Part shown: piece after piece, positions 13,970 to 27,859 of the stretch | Position numbering within the stretch: the first letter of the stretch is position 1 | Layout: the number at the start of each line of letters is the position of its first letter | Assembly (NCBI GenBank): GCA_044892525.1 | Contig: CM097885.1 | Location: 191,394,001 to 191,458,000, forward strand | DNA length: 64,000 nucleotides | From: Schmidtea polychroa | Taxonomy: Eukaryota | Reading direction: 5' to 3' | The notes under the pieces: model-generated | What the model was told of the DNA's origin: nothing | Database searches by the model: none | The model's input: the letters and a program-made list of their open reading frames with translations, nothing else | Position numbers and translations under genes: made by a program

Positions 13970-15161
13970 CATGTAATCATCATTTATAGAAAGTTTCTAT
14001 ATAAAATACTTGCGGCCTTAATTTGATATATGCGGACGTTGAAAGGATTTGATGAAAATGTTTACGCTGTAATAATTATTTGCCATTTATAGTTATTATA
14101 GTTAAAACTAAATTTCGAATATTTGATAAAAAAATTATTTCATGCAAAACAAATGCTTCAGTAATAATGCAATTAAATTACTCATGAAATATTTCATTCA
14201 TTCATGATGCAATGACCAATCAAATATCAGTTTGTGTGCATTGTTTAGCTGTATAAATACGAGTAAATTTCTATGCAATTCATCTCTATTAAACATGTGT
14301 AACGAACATTGTGAAGTTGTTGCTGAAGTCGAACAAGTTGCTGAAGTTGAAGAAACTGAAGCTGTTGAAGAAGTCGAACAATCAGAAACAGTTGCTGAAG
14401 AAGAAGTTGAGAAATCATCAGAATAAAACCTTTGTTTTTTAATAAATTTTGATGCATTTCTATATTGACTTTCATCATTTTGCTTATATTTTCATTTCTG
14501 ATTTAAATTTAAATTTTTGTATTTTTTAAATAAATCAGAAATCACTATTATTTTTATGAAATATTAAGCAAATGTAATTATTTATTTTATTAATTTCTCA
14601 TTGAAATGGGATGCTTGAAATTATTTTGTGATTTAGTTGTCAGTGGATTTATAATTTAGTGGATTTATAATTTAGAAACCTGTAGATTTATTATTTACAA
14701 TTTTGAATCAAATATATTTAAAAAACTAATTATTTTTACAAAATCGAGATTTGTAATTTTTATGTTTAATTATCACAATAATATTTTGACGTTTTATGAA
14801 CCAAATTTTTCAATTTTATATAAATTAAATGTGGAAATTAGAAACTATAGCTGAAATGTATAAAAGAACATTCATAAAAATTCATCTAATTATTCATTAC
14901 AATAACCAATCAGAATCCATCCGAATGATCCAATCAAAATTGAAGACACTGAAGCTGTAAAAATATTCAAACAATCAGAAGTTGTTGAGGAATCATCAGA
15001 ATAAAATTTTGTTTTCTAATAAATTTGTATTTCTATATTGTCGTTTATGCTGATATTCAAAATTATTTTTTGACAATTGAAGATGTTAATTTTCTTTATT
15101 TTATATAGTTAACTAATCTGATGAATAGTATAGTTAAATAAAAATCTCCTTAAGGACAATA

Positions 15162-15338
15162 TCTAATATATAAAGATGAAAGTTTGTTTGATTTCTATAG
15201 AATAACCCACCGTTGGACCTAGGTCCTAGGGTGCTGAAATTTTTCATGTGGCTGGAACGTAATAACATTAAAAAAAATTAATTTAAATGAATTATTATGA
15301 TAAATGTAAACTCGGGCGAAGCCAGGTACAACAGCTAG
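15162..15338 (+). mobile_element. Complete non-autonomous mini-Helitron (177 bp)
   Basis: Sits in A|TC...CTAG|T. The 5' end TCTAATATATAAAGATGAAAGTTTGTTTG and the 3' hairpin CTCGGGCGAAGCCAGG followed by ACAGCTAG resemble invertebrate non-autonomous Helitrons. No TSD. Confidence 0.8.
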
Positions 15339-15989
15339 TTTTGAATAAATGTTTTCGAGTTATTAAATAATTGGTTTTGATATGATGTCTGTAACTAAAA
15401 TAATTTTTGTAATATTTATCTACTTATACATTTAGAGTAGTATAAAAAATCATTAATTATGAATTTAATTTTTTTAATAGCGTTATATCCAGACTGATCG
15501 GAAATTATGATATGTGATAATAAATATAAATTGCAAAAGAATAAATAACAGAATATTGATAATTCATTAAAATAATCTATTTAAGTCACATGCACATCTC
15601 TCATACATATAATTTATATATTTTAGTTTTTGGCCTTTTTTAATAGAAGCTTCTTAAGATGCATGTTACATTAATGTTTTTGTTGATAAAACTTCCCATT
15701 TTCATTGTCACTTCTTTTCCAGCCAAAGAGAACGCCCTCACTTTCTGTTGAGACTGACTGAATACTTTTAAAAAATTTCAAGATATTGATGGAATTTTGA
15801 GATTTGATTGCAGTGGGTCGTGTGAAATAAATTCTTTTCTTCTGCTTTTCTTTTACTGATTATTACAATTACTGATATTATTTTGAAGAATGCTAAACCG
15901 ACTTCTGAAAATTTAAATTTTGTAGCGTACTCTATGGCAGGGATGGACAAGTTTTTAAGTGACGAATCAAATTAAAATAAAAATATTTA

Positions 15990-16733
15990 ACTGTGGGCCA
16001 CAAGCAAAATATATTTTTTATTGATTTTATATATACATATTAAATTTTACTTTTTGAAAATAATTTTAGAAATATTTGGAACTAATTGTGTTGTAGCCAG
16101 CCTTAATATAGCCTCCAGGTTTACGTCCGTAATACGAGATCGTAGCTTGCCTTTCTTTATATTCATAATTATGAAGGGTTGTTCACATATATACGTTGAA
16201 GCAAACAAAGATGCGTAACGTCCCGCCGTATCATATAAATTTGGGTACTTGTTCTTATCCACACATTTATAAAATTTTCTATGTCGCCGTCATTAAATTT
16301 TTGTTTTAATATTTCACAGATTGCAAGTCTATTAATTCCAATTGTATATAAGGCTGGCTTCTTCTGGATTTATTGAAAAGGATTCGAAAATATTTTAAAA
16401 TCGAATTTATATTTTTTAAAATCCTCGAATCTTTTCTCAAAAATTTCTATTAATTTTCCAATATTTCCAAAGTCGACTATATATTTTATTTTTAATACAA
16501 CTTTGGCAATTCGGGAAATGAAAACATTGACCATTCAAAAATCGTGTTTGGAATAATTTTAATTTAATTTCGAATGCTTCCTCGTGATTTGCCATATCTG
16601 ATATAAATTGATTTTTTCCTTGAAGCTTCAAATTTAGGGACTTTATGTGAGTTGTGACGTCCACCAGGAAAGCTAATTCACTTAGCCATTTTTCATCATT
16701 AATTTCTCGTACAAAGTTTTCCTTATCCGTCAT
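15990..16733 (-). pseudogene. Buster/SPIN-type hAT transposase relic (GTF2IRD2/EPM2AIP1-like)
   Basis: WLSELAFLVDVTTHIKSLNLKLQG and YPNL...SLFASTYICEQ...RSRITD..L...LRLA are typical Buster C-terminal motifs. Confidence 0.82.
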
Positions 16734-16880
16734 AAATATCTTTGGTAATTAATCCAGAAATATAATACGTAATAAAAACTATTGTTACTTTTCTATAAAG
16801 TATTTGACAAATTTTTTAAGTTTAGGTTTATATTTTCTATCTTTATAAAAAATGTTGTTTATAAACATACTGCAGTTGCA

Positions 16881-18745
16881 CAGGGCGCATATCTGAAGGG
16901 GGCGCTAAATTAGGATGTAAAATATTTTAATGTTACCAAAAAATATGAATAATTAAAAAAAATTATCATATGTCATGCACGACAAACGACTCTAGCTAGC
17001 CTATCTTATCTTTACCATTACTGGTTGGACTGGTCCATTAGCGTGCAATAGGTGTGTATTTTGTAAAATCGCCACCCTGACATTATGCAAAGCGCAGTGG
17101 CCATATTGTTCTCATCTGCCTTTGGAAAAAAACAACAAATCATTGAAAAGAAAATGTTTAAATCTTTCATTTTTTAATTTTTAAATACGGTAATTGATAA
17201 ATAAAATAATATTATTAATTTAAAATAAAATAGAATAATTTTAAAAAATGGATTTAAACAAAATGGGTATTACGAAGAAACCATCTGGTGCAACGTTTAA
17301 AAAATTGAAGAAGTTTCGCGAGGAAGAACATAAAAGAACACAAAAACAATTGGGGAAATGGCTGACTCGAACCTCTACTTTCACATTAAGCGGAGGAACG
17401 GAGTTTAGTGTCTCTCAAATAGAAAACAATGACAATGCAACTGATGATGAAGTTGAAAATACCGTAACGTAACCATCAGGGTTATCCGTTTTTTTGAAGA
17501 CGTGAAATCATGCTTTGTGTCGACACATAATGGTAATGCAAGCTATGCAGTCTATGATCCAAGCAATTCAGATAGTTTTGGCGAACAAAGTCTGGAAATT
17601 GACGTTGAAGTAAAAGACATTGATGATAAATTATCAATATCAGCCGACAATCGTGATTCAAACTCAAAACAATCAGAACAATCTGAACAGATCCATTGAT
17701 TGATAGAGATAACCGTAGTTTGCAGTTAAAGAATATATCTGTTGATGCGGCTTCCAAGCTTGTACGTGGACTTGCGGCTTCCATACAGAATCTGCGAGAA
17801 TAAAGGGATAGAAAATATAATTTCGACAGCTAAAGACAAAGCTAAACAAATCGTAATTCAAGCAGACTTTGCAGACAAGAGAAAAAGAAAAGTTAAACGT
17901 ATGAGTTTTGAAGAAGGTGAAGATGAGGCTCATTTAATGAGGCCTGAGAAAGATTTTGAGAGACAAAGCAAAACAGTTTTTGACAGCATCCTAACGCAAC
18001 TGCAATGGCGTTTTGAGACCATTACTAGAGTTTCATCAGATTTTGAATTTCTGATTGGAAATTCTCTTTCAGTTCTTTCAGTAGAAGAATTAAAAAAATG
18101 TGCGGCTTATTTAACACAGAAGTATGGTGATCTTGATGCTGTGGAATTTATGTCAGAAATTGAGAGTTCCAAGTTTCAAGCAAATGCGTTGATGGGCAGT
18201 TTAAAAAATTCAAATCCAATTGAAATTTTACAACTTATTCATACATATTCCTAGATGGATATTTACCCAAACATTGAAATTGCACTCAGAATTTTTTTAA
18301 CCATTCCTGTTACAGTTGCTTCATGTGAGAGGAGTTTTAGCAAACTGAAACTGGTGAAAAATTATTTGCGATCGGCTATAGGGCAGGAACGTTTGACAAG
18401 TTTATCAATTGTGTCAATTGAAAATGATTTGTCAAATTCTTTGAACTATGACAACATTATTGACAATTTGGCATCATGAAAAGCTCGCAAAGTTTATATT
18501 AAATAGATTTGAATATTCTGGTTATATAATATGTAATCTTTTCATTTTTTTCAATTAGCAATATAATTTTAAGAACATTACTACCTAGTATAATAGCTGG
18601 AGATAAATAAATATTAAATAGTTAACAATCGTAATATGAACATTATATTATAGACTTTTTATAGTAGGCTTGTTTTGAATTCGCGTGCTGGGGGCGCCAG
18701 ATATATGAACCGCAAAGGGCGAAATAATGCCTTGTTACGGCCCTG
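16881..18745 (+). mobile_element. Internally deleted hAT element
   Basis: Ends CAGGGC.../...GTTACGGCCCTG. The N-terminal ORF 17248-17472 is followed by C-terminal fragments 17742-18479 (VTVASCERSFSKLKLVKNYLRS); the catalytic core is missing. No TSD. Confidence 0.78.
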
Positions 18746-20184
18746 TGTAGGAGCTCTAGCTATTTCATGTTTTTAAAAGTCGTTACAATTAAGCAGTTCT
18801 AATTCGTATTCTGATTGGATCATGCGGATCGAATCTGATTGGTTCTTGTTATAATTCATTTATCGAGGTGAAATTTAATGAATGATTGCATAATAATTAA
18901 GTTCAATTTTTGTGTGCAAAAATATAATTTGATCTATTACTCATTATTTATCAGTAACTGTTAGTGAACGTTTGCGTCAACCGAAGACAATGAATATCAA
19001 GCGCTGCTTATCAAAAATGTATTTCCACAATTAACATTTCACAAAATATTAAAACTATTATTCATCAGATTAGTTAACTATACAAAATAGTGAAAATTAA
19101 CATCTTCAATGTCAAAATATAATTTTGAATATTAATATAAAAATACAAATTTATTAGAAAACAAAATTTTATTCTGATGATTCCTCAACATCTTCTAATT
19201 GTTTGAATATTATTGCAGCTTCAGTGTCTTCAACTTTGATTGGATCATTCGGATGGATTCTGATTGGTTATTGTAATGAATTATTAGATGAATTTTTATG
19301 AATGTTCTTTTATACATTTCAGCTATAGTTTCTAATTTCCACATTTAATTTATATAAAATTGAAAAATTTGGTTCATAAAACGTCAAAATATTATTGTGA
19401 TAATTAAACATAAAAATTAAAAATCTCGATTTTGTAAAAATAATTAGTTTTTTTAATATATTTGAATCAAACTTGTAAATAATAAATCTACAGGTTTCTA
19501 AATTATAAATCCACTGACAACTAAATCACAAAATAATTTCAAGCATCCCATTTCAATGAGAAATTAATAAAATAAATAATTACATTTGCTTAATATTTCA
19601 TAAAAATAATAGTGATTTCTGATTTATTTAAAAAATACAAAAATTTAAATTTAAATCAGAAATGAAAATATAGGCAAAATGATGAAAGTCAATATAGAAA
19701 TGCATCAAAATTTATTAAAAAACAAAGATTTTATTCTGATGATTTCTCAACTTCTTCTTCAGCAACTGTTTCTGATTGTTCGACTTCTTCAACATCTTCA
19801 GTTTTTTCAACTTCAGCAACTTGTTCGACTTCAGCAACAACTTCACAATGTTCGTTACACATGTTTAATAGAGATGAATTGCATAGAAAAATATCTCGTA
19901 TTTATACAGCTAAACAATGCACACAAACTGATATTTGATTGGTCATTGCATCATGAATGAATGAAATATTTCATGAGTAATTTAATTGCATTATATTACT
20001 GAAGCATTTGTTTTGCATGAAATAATTTTTTTTATCAAATATTCGAAATTTATAAACTATAAATGGCAAATAAGTTTTACAGCGTAAACATTTTAATCAA
20101 ATACTTTCAACGTCCGAATATATCGAATTAAGGCCGCAAGTCTTTTATATAGAAACCTTTTATATATGATGATTACATGTAGAA

Positions 20185-20450
20185 TTGTCAGCTGCAATTC
20201 GCTTTTCTAAATTCTTTATTTAGATTATGTTGCATCACATACATTTGCTAATTATCTACTAAGAGTATTTTCATCAAAAATACATATTCCTGCTAACTTT
20301 CCTGTAATTCGTTTAATTGACTTTTCCGCGTATTAATTGCATGAGCTGCATGACTTTTATCACCTCTAGTGTCAATTCGATGGCTATTGGGCAAGTAAGT
20401 TATTCTCATTGATAAAATATTGGCAAAGATATATCAAGTGCTTTTTATGA
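20185..20450. repeat. Diverged dispersed repeat, inverted relative to about 63490-63810
   Basis: Shared blocks include TCAATTCGATGGCTATTGGGCAAGTA and its reverse complement at about 63543-63568. Confidence 0.65.
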
Positions 20451-22023
20451 ATTTGAAACTAGAGGTAATCTTTAAAATACTGTGTTTTTCCCAAAAAAAA
20501 AGTAATTTTCAAGAAATGACACCCCCTAAGCGCCAACACAATGATCTATTTTGCTAGTTTTATTTATCTATTTTCAAGGACAAATTTTGACGATAGATCT
20601 TTCTACCTCATGTTAAAAATTCTACCGGAAAAAACTAGATGAGTATAAGGTCATCCATATACTATTATGTACACACCGATGAAGGACGGTATGTGTATTT
20701 CGAGCGACTAATTGGTGTACGAGTGCACATGAAGGGGAAAGGGGTGTTCCAATACTGTGTATATGCGCCAAAAAATGATATAAAGATTAACACATCTTTT
20801 GTAATTGAATTATTTTTGAATTTCATCCTTAAAACCAATATTAAAAATATCAACTACTTAATGCGTTTCTGTACTGGGGATTAAGGCCGCCGTGCGTATG
20901 TGGGCATAGTAAAGGGAACCTTAAAAATTTACAGGTGCAACCGGGAGTTTTTTGCGTACAAAATACATTGGTGGTCCAATAATTTTAGTTCTGGAGTTAG
21001 TCAAATTTTTCATTGGAAAAAAGATTTCTAAATTATGAAGCAAGTTAAAATACTCCATTTTGTGTTCAAGGGTTAAAAACAAAAAGCCAACCATCCTCTA
21101 GTTGAGACTCTTTCTCCAGTGTTATTTCGTAAATAATAACAAAATAATAATAATAATGACAAAAGTTTGGACTGGCTCTGTTTTCTCAGATAACACTTTC
21201 AGAAACAAAAAACTTAATACTAAATGAATATATATTAATTTTCAAGCTTCATTAATTTCACTTTATCGCTATATTTTTTTATATTATATGAATTACTAAT
21301 AACGATAAAACAAAATATATGTTAATAATAAATTAAATAAGAAAACTTAATGTTATGACAGGAATTAGAATTCTCAATGCGAACCGAAATGGGAAAATGA
21401 TATAAAAGAACTTTCGAACACTGGATTGAGAGAAAAGAGTATTGCACAAAATTTAAAGACAACTATTTAGAACATGTTGAAAATTTGAAAAAATATATGC
21501 TTTGGTTTTTATTCTTCGTTTACAAACTTCATTGAGTATTGCAAGTAAATATTTCTAAGTTTATTTAAAATACACGGTGTCACAGAATTTGGGACTTTAT
21601 TGCATCACCTTTGTAATCTTTAGCAGAATTCTATGAAATTTTCGTCAAATGTCAATTTTATGGAGGTACCTTTCAACTGCATGTTCTAACATGCCTCATA
21701 ATCTCTTTAAATTTCTTTATAAAATTCCTCTGCGATATATTCAAAAAATTAATATTTGCTTCAAATAAGGTCAAAGGAAAGATGTTTAATGAATACGTTC
21801 TTCAATGAATACATCTTTCAAAATTTTAAGAAGCCCCTTTTATGACATTAACATTGTAAGGAGATATACTAATAGTTCATAATAAACTAATTATATAACC
21901 GGGTCACTATGATTTCGATATTTGACGATTAAATCCGGAATGTTTGCGCGCAATGTGGTGAAATATGTATGTATGTGATCTATATCAATAATATGATTTA
22001 AACTAATAAAACTGTATTTTTTA

Positions 22024-23370
22024 CAGGTTTAGCTCGAAAGTTTCTGCCAATGATTAAAGCTATACAGAATGAAATATATGAATTAGTGGTTAATTAAATT
22101 TTTGACTGTGCATTCTACAATAGTTCTAATATTAATATATTTTAGAATTTTCAAATTTTCGAAATATAGTAAATTATAAAATATTTTATTTGTATGAAAT
22201 TAAAAATTGTATATATCCCGTATTAATGTTAATCGTGTTTCTCGCCAGTATTCGTACTGAAATAGAGTTTTCTCGAAACTATATTCGTAAAACCAGTTAT
22301 TATAATTGGAAGAGAGGACTGTCAAATGACAAAATTCATAAAGAAATCAACTGCAGCCTCGGTGAAGGTATTGCTTCCTTAAAACATCCTCCCATTGGTT
22401 AACCAAATTCAATAGTGGAAACTTTGTCGCTAAAGATGATTGACGCAATTGACGGACGTCATACGATCTGGAGGAGGAGATACAAATTGTTTTTAATGAA
22501 AATTCATGAACCAAAACAAGACCAATTTTGATGAAAGAATTGGTTGTCACAAAGAGCCCATGAGGAGATTATTGATTTAAATGGGAAAGCGCTACCTGTG
22601 ATGCGTATGGATTCCATATGCGCTAACCGATGCAGCAAAGACGAGAGCCACAACGTATGAACACCTACTCCAACAGTAGCACCGCAATAATTTCCTGCAT
22701 AGACTTATTATCGCTGATGAAAGCTAGGTTTATTGACAGAACAGTGACCGCCAACGTCACAAGTCTTGGAAATGTGCTGGAGATCAATACGTGACAGAAT
22801 CAAAAACCATCCTTATCAACAAGAAATTCTTGCTGAGTCTGTTCTGGGAATAAAAGAATTATTTTGATGGATGTTCTGCCCTCGGGTGAGATAGTCACTG
22901 ACAAGTATTACTGCGACTTCTTGGAAAAAATGAATGCAGTTGTATATGAAAAACGGCGAAAACGAATATCTGATGACAACCTCTATCTCCAGCACGACAA
23001 TGCAAGGCCTCATAAGGGTGTCATCGCGTAGGAAAAGATTAAACAGCTTCGTCTGAATATTCTCGAAAATCCATCATACTCACCAGACTTGGGCCCCTCT
23101 GATTTGTTACCTCTTCTGGTCAATGAAATCTGCATTACAAGGAAAAGATAACGCCCGTTCTTCTGATGTGGTACACGACATTCAACAATGGACAGCTTTG
23201 AAGCCGCAGCAATTCTTCGGGGAAGACATCAATAAGCTACCGGGAAGATGGCAACGATGCATTAATCACAATGGTAAATATTTTAAAAACTTGTGTTAGA
23301 TTAATAATTAGACAAATTATTGTTATAAATTTGTTGTTGAAATTTCGGGAGTACCTTTGAGCCAAACCTT
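22024..23370 (+). mobile_element. Decayed mariner element (~1.35 kb)
   Basis: Imperfect TIRs AGGTTTAGCTCGAAAG / CTTTGAGCCAAACCT. Relic reading frames give WIPYALT (WVPHEL-like), LQHDNARPH, YSPDLGPSD and LPGRWQRCINHNGKYF. Confidence 0.85.
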
Positions 23371-24289
23371 CAGATTATGCAATTGGAGATTTATTGCATG
23401 CTCTGGTTTGGAATATTTTAAATAAATATTGAATCGCAATGTCTTCTGCTAACACAGTGATCACTCCAGGACTTCTAAGTTTTATCAAGCCACTGAATCA
23501 ATTGCTGCTAAATAATGATTTATGAACTTTTATTTTGGATTTGAAAAGATATTTTGAAATTTCTCAACAACTGACAGAATTTCGAGAAACGGTGACCAAG
23601 GTGTTTCTTTCAGTGGAGTTTATCCAGAAATTAGAAAAAAAGTCAGGGTGATTATTCAAGTTATGAAAAGAGACTACGAAAAGCTTTCGAGAATAGGAAA
23701 AATATTTACATGAATTTAGATGCAGTTCTAAGATATAGAAAAGGAAATGTAAGTGGAAAAAAGTTAAATAGTTTATTGGCAAAAATTAAATAAAAATAAT
23801 ACAATATAAGTTATGGAAACAAAAAATGTACTGAAATTAAGTGATGTTAATGGATTGAACTCAAAAGGTTTAGTTTTCCTTGATTATGATTCTGGTGCTT
23901 CAGCATACATTCAAGACCTAAATAGGAGTCTGGAATTAACTATTGTTTTTTAATTTTTAGCCTGTCCTAAGGAAGGAAAACATGAAAAGAATGAGATAAA
24001 AAAATATAATGTCATTTAATTTGTTTCGTTTGTTGAACAAAAAATTATGTAGAACTTGAATTATAATCATTTAAACATACTACTTTATAATATTTTGGAA
24101 GTAGTAGATTCACACCTTATGGCGGCTACACAAAAAATTGTTCAAATAATACTATTTCAGTTATAAAATCTGTTAATGTTTAAAATTTTAATCATTTATC
24201 TCAAACAGTAAAGGAGTTTTGTAAAAAGGAAAATTTACTTAAAAGGCTTAATTCATATAAACATAATGAAAAATAATGAAAAAGATTTT

Positions 24290-26780
24290 CAAAAAAAAAT
24301 TAATTTTCAACAAATTTCATATTTGTATACTACTTATTAACTGGTCAGTACACAAATATTTGATATTTTATTTTACCCATTTTTATGTTGAAATATTTTG
24401 GATAACAGCAAATGAAATATTTTATTTTTGATTTCTTTTTATTCTATCAGCTTTTCCTTGACAACTGAAGCAAGAAATGATAAAATGACATAGCAAATGC
24501 TAATAACTTACAAAACTATCAAAACGTATAATCTAGCATTTATATTAATTGCAAACAATATTATTGGAGGTTGTGGCCATATTGCATGTCAACTTAGGTG
24601 CGTTGTCACTCATTTACATGCGAGAAGGTCTGAGGAAAGTGGTGAAATCACTGAAACGGTGAGCAATAAAAGTTTTATGGTACATAATAATGCGCTTGAG
24701 TAAATGTATATCTAGAGATGGTTATTAATAATAACTTGAAGGTGACATGTTTACTGAAGCTTTGAATGAGCCATCACAGCGTGTAGAGTGACATTGTGGC
24801 AGAACTTAATGTTTCTAATCCAATTCAGATTACAGCAACCTCTATTTTTGTTTCTCACGCATTTATTGAAAATCTTATTTTTTTCAAAGCATATGGAAGA
24901 TCCGTAGGTTTCTTAGCAGTTATTCACATTTGCAAACTCAAATTTTCTAATTTTTATTGAATTTTAGAAACTTCTAACATTTGATTTAAAAAATATCTTG
25001 TGAAAGTCCCATCTGTGCACGCACTTATTCTTCAGAAGATATGAAGTCTCAATTCTCTTTGCTTAGTTCCTGAACTGTTAGTATTAGTCGCTCTAATAAA
25101 AGTAAAATTTCTCTTTAAACATTCATCTAATTTATGGAGGCGTTCACTCAGATATTTTACAACCAAATGCTGACGATGAAATATGCAATGCGCAGCAAAC
25201 TCGACAGGAACTTTATTTTTCAACGATTAGGGTGTGGTGGAAGAGCTTTGATTTGAAAAGAAGCAATAATGCGAGTTCCGTCTAAAAGGAATAAAAATTT
25301 ATCTATTTGTGCAGCGATGTCTGTTTCTGGGGAGTATTTCAAGGTTGTTACAAAAACATCATAAAACATGGTGAAATTTCGCGAGGTTTTATCGAGGTTT
25401 ATTGAGTTGCTTCACTCAAAAAATATTAAATCCGGAATTTTTATAATGGATAATGTAAGGTTTCATCATTGCAGAGAAGTTTCGTGTTTGATTAATAATA
25501 CGAATTTTAAATTACTTTTTCTACCATCCTATTCGCCATTTCTAAACCCGATAGAAAATTTGTTTTCCAAATGGAAAAGTACTGTGATGACAATGCGACC
25601 TGAAAATGAAGAACAACTGATACGATATGTAGAAGAATCAACTGATTTTTTTTCGTTTCACGATTTTCAGGGATATTGGAGGAATATGATGAGGTATATT
25701 TTTGAATTCTGACATTGTACAACGTAGCCAGTGTCCAATAGAGTATTTTTTTAGTCAGATTTAGTCAAATTGAAATATATTGAAGGATTTAATTATTCCC
25801 TTAATTATAACCTCAATGAAGAAATGATAAATTGACAATTTATTTAAAAATATTGACATTTTTGGGAACAAATGAACACATGAACAAATGGATATGAAGG
25901 GATGACAATTAATGAGATTATCCAATATCCTACAGAACAATATAACATAAATCAACAATTTCATTAGAAAGAAATATATCTACAATTTTTTAAAAATTCA
26001 ACATAATTTAGAGATGGCAAAATATTTCCGCCATTATTCAAACTGTGATTGGATCATGTGAATCGAATCTGATTGGTTCTTGTAATAATTTATTATTTGA
26101 TCGAATATTGTAATTAATAATTGTGATCAATCAAGTGAGTCATTTATCGAGATGAATTTTTACGATTGTTTGCATAATGATTAAGATCAATTTTTGTGTG
26201 CAAAAATATAATTTGATCTATTACTCATTAAGTATCAGTAACTGCTAGTGAACGTTTGCGACAACAAAAGACAATGAATATCAAGCGCTGCTTATCAAAA
26301 AAGTATTTTCACGCTTAACATTTCACAAAATATTAAAACTAACGAAAATTTATATAACTATAATCAGGGCTAGACTGGAAACACGTCGGAAAATATCGGT
26401 GACGTAGGCCCACAATATTAAATTTAAGAAAAAAAATATCAAAAAAGTACATTTGTAATTTATAAATATATTTATTATAATAATAAGTTTATTAATAATT
26501 GTAACAAAAATCAATTAAATAAATAATTAAATAAATATTATTAAAATTAAACAAGTTTTTTTAATATTTCTCTTTTTTCTCTCATTATATCAATTGCTCT
26601 ATTGTCAATGTTATTTAGAATATCTTTTTCGCACGCCATAAGCATAAATGCCTCCAAATATTTTTGACTTAAACATTTTAACTTTGAAAAAGATCTCTCA
26701 CAAGATACTTGTGTTGATGATAAACAAATTTGTACCTTAAAGATAAATTTGAGTATGCTAGTATATCCAGATGAAATTTT
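24290..26780 (-). repeat. Inverted copy of the composite cassette at about 60945-63430
   Basis: Near-identical reverse complement; the ORF track returns matching peptides (25761-25964 vs 61763-61966). Confidence 0.92.
25200..25750 (+). pseudogene. IS630-Tc1-mariner superfamily (DDE_3) transposase C-terminal fragment
   Basis: GIFIMDNVRFHH...FLPSYSPFLNPIENLFSKWK. A second copy lies at about 61990-62520 (-). Confidence 0.85.
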
Positions 26781-27695
26781 TGCAAAACTGTATAACAGCA
26801 TCATACAATACAATTTATGCATGATTTGCATGATCTTACTGTATTAATCATACTTCATCATCTTCATCAAAAAACAATTAACTTCAATCTTTTGCTGAAG
26901 TACCATTAAAAATTTTCCACTTTTTTTGAAAATCTTTTAGTTCAGCTTTCAAAATTTCCTTCGTAATATTTTTATTTAATTATTGATTTATTAAATTGGT
27001 TAAAGATTCAAAAATGTGAATAGGTATATTAATACTTGAAATTTGTGGGAAATTATTAGGATCTAGATAGAATATATCATTATAAAGAGGTAATAACATT
27101 ATACTGGTAACTGCATCCATTATAACATTATATACACTTATACGAAATCTATTGTTAGAATTATCCGTTCTATTTCTTTTATTTGTTTCATATAACAATG
27201 TTTCAATTTGAATTTCTATTTCTCTCTTGTCTAGTTCTTCGTTTGCAGCCAATGCAAAATTTGCTGCTGCTTGACATACAGTACAAAATCTCTGTATTTT
27301 AAAAAGATTCCCAATCGTATATTTTACCATACCAAATGCAATTGCAATATCCATACCTGATGTTTGTAAGTATGATGACAAAGATATTGTTTCTTCAAAT
27401 ATTCGTAAAAATATTTGAGCTGTTAAATAATATCAAATTTTAGAAACGCTGTCAAAATAGTGTTTCTTTGATGTCAAATTTCTTTGTTAAACTTTTCGGA
27501 TATATAGATTTCATAGAAAGTCTGCGGAACATCGACGAAAAATATAATTCCAGATGTACTATTACATGTACCAAACATTTTTCTTAATGTCTTATCTTTG
27601 GCCCACCAACGTGTTTCTCCAATAGCAGAAATAAATTTAAATTTACTAAACTCTCACCATATGTTGAGTCGTTTATAAAATTCTTTTAAAAAAAT

Positions 27696-27728
<33 letters not shown>

Positions 27729-27840
27729 TCTGGAGAATTACTGTGTTTATGTTTATAGGTTCTAATTCGCGTAAATTAAATCCAATTAATACTTGAGCGT
27801 GTAGAGGTCCTATTAATCGAGGGCCGGCCGCCGTAACAAG
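26365..27840 (-). mobile_element. hAT relic with terminus AGTCTAGCCCTG and transposase fragments
   Basis: ORFs 26980-27381 (YLQTSGMDIAIAFGMV, FRISVYNVIMD) and 26547-26831 (TQVSCERSFSKLK) resemble the 7255-8346 subfamily. Confidence 0.75.
27701..27728. repeat. (AT)14 microsatellite
   Basis: Read directly. Confidence 0.95.
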
Positions 27841-27859
27841 TAAAAAAATGAATTTGTAC

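Larger units (their letters stand above)
9380..14560. repeat. Foldback cassette: ~400-bp inverted arms (about 9380-9790 and 14150-14560) around a spacer, interrupted by the hAT at 10673-13969
   Basis: The arms are reverse complements and carry the E/V-rich short ORF. An uninterrupted copy lies at about 32880-34740. Confidence 0.85.
13978..20190. repeat. ~1.1-kb inverted repeat pair (about 13978-15130 and 19050-20190) enclosing TE relics
   Basis: The two segments are reverse-complement matches along their length with small indels. Confidence 0.85.

Noticed and set aside
21571-21700. TACACGGTGT... resembling a Tc1/mariner terminal repeat
   Set aside because: No partner inverted end or transposase could be linked to it.
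25368-25712. Bacterial IS630 or contamination
   Set aside because: The DDE_3 fragment is embedded in, and co-duplicated with, eukaryotic hAT fragments. It is consistent with a eukaryotic IS630-Tc1-mariner member.
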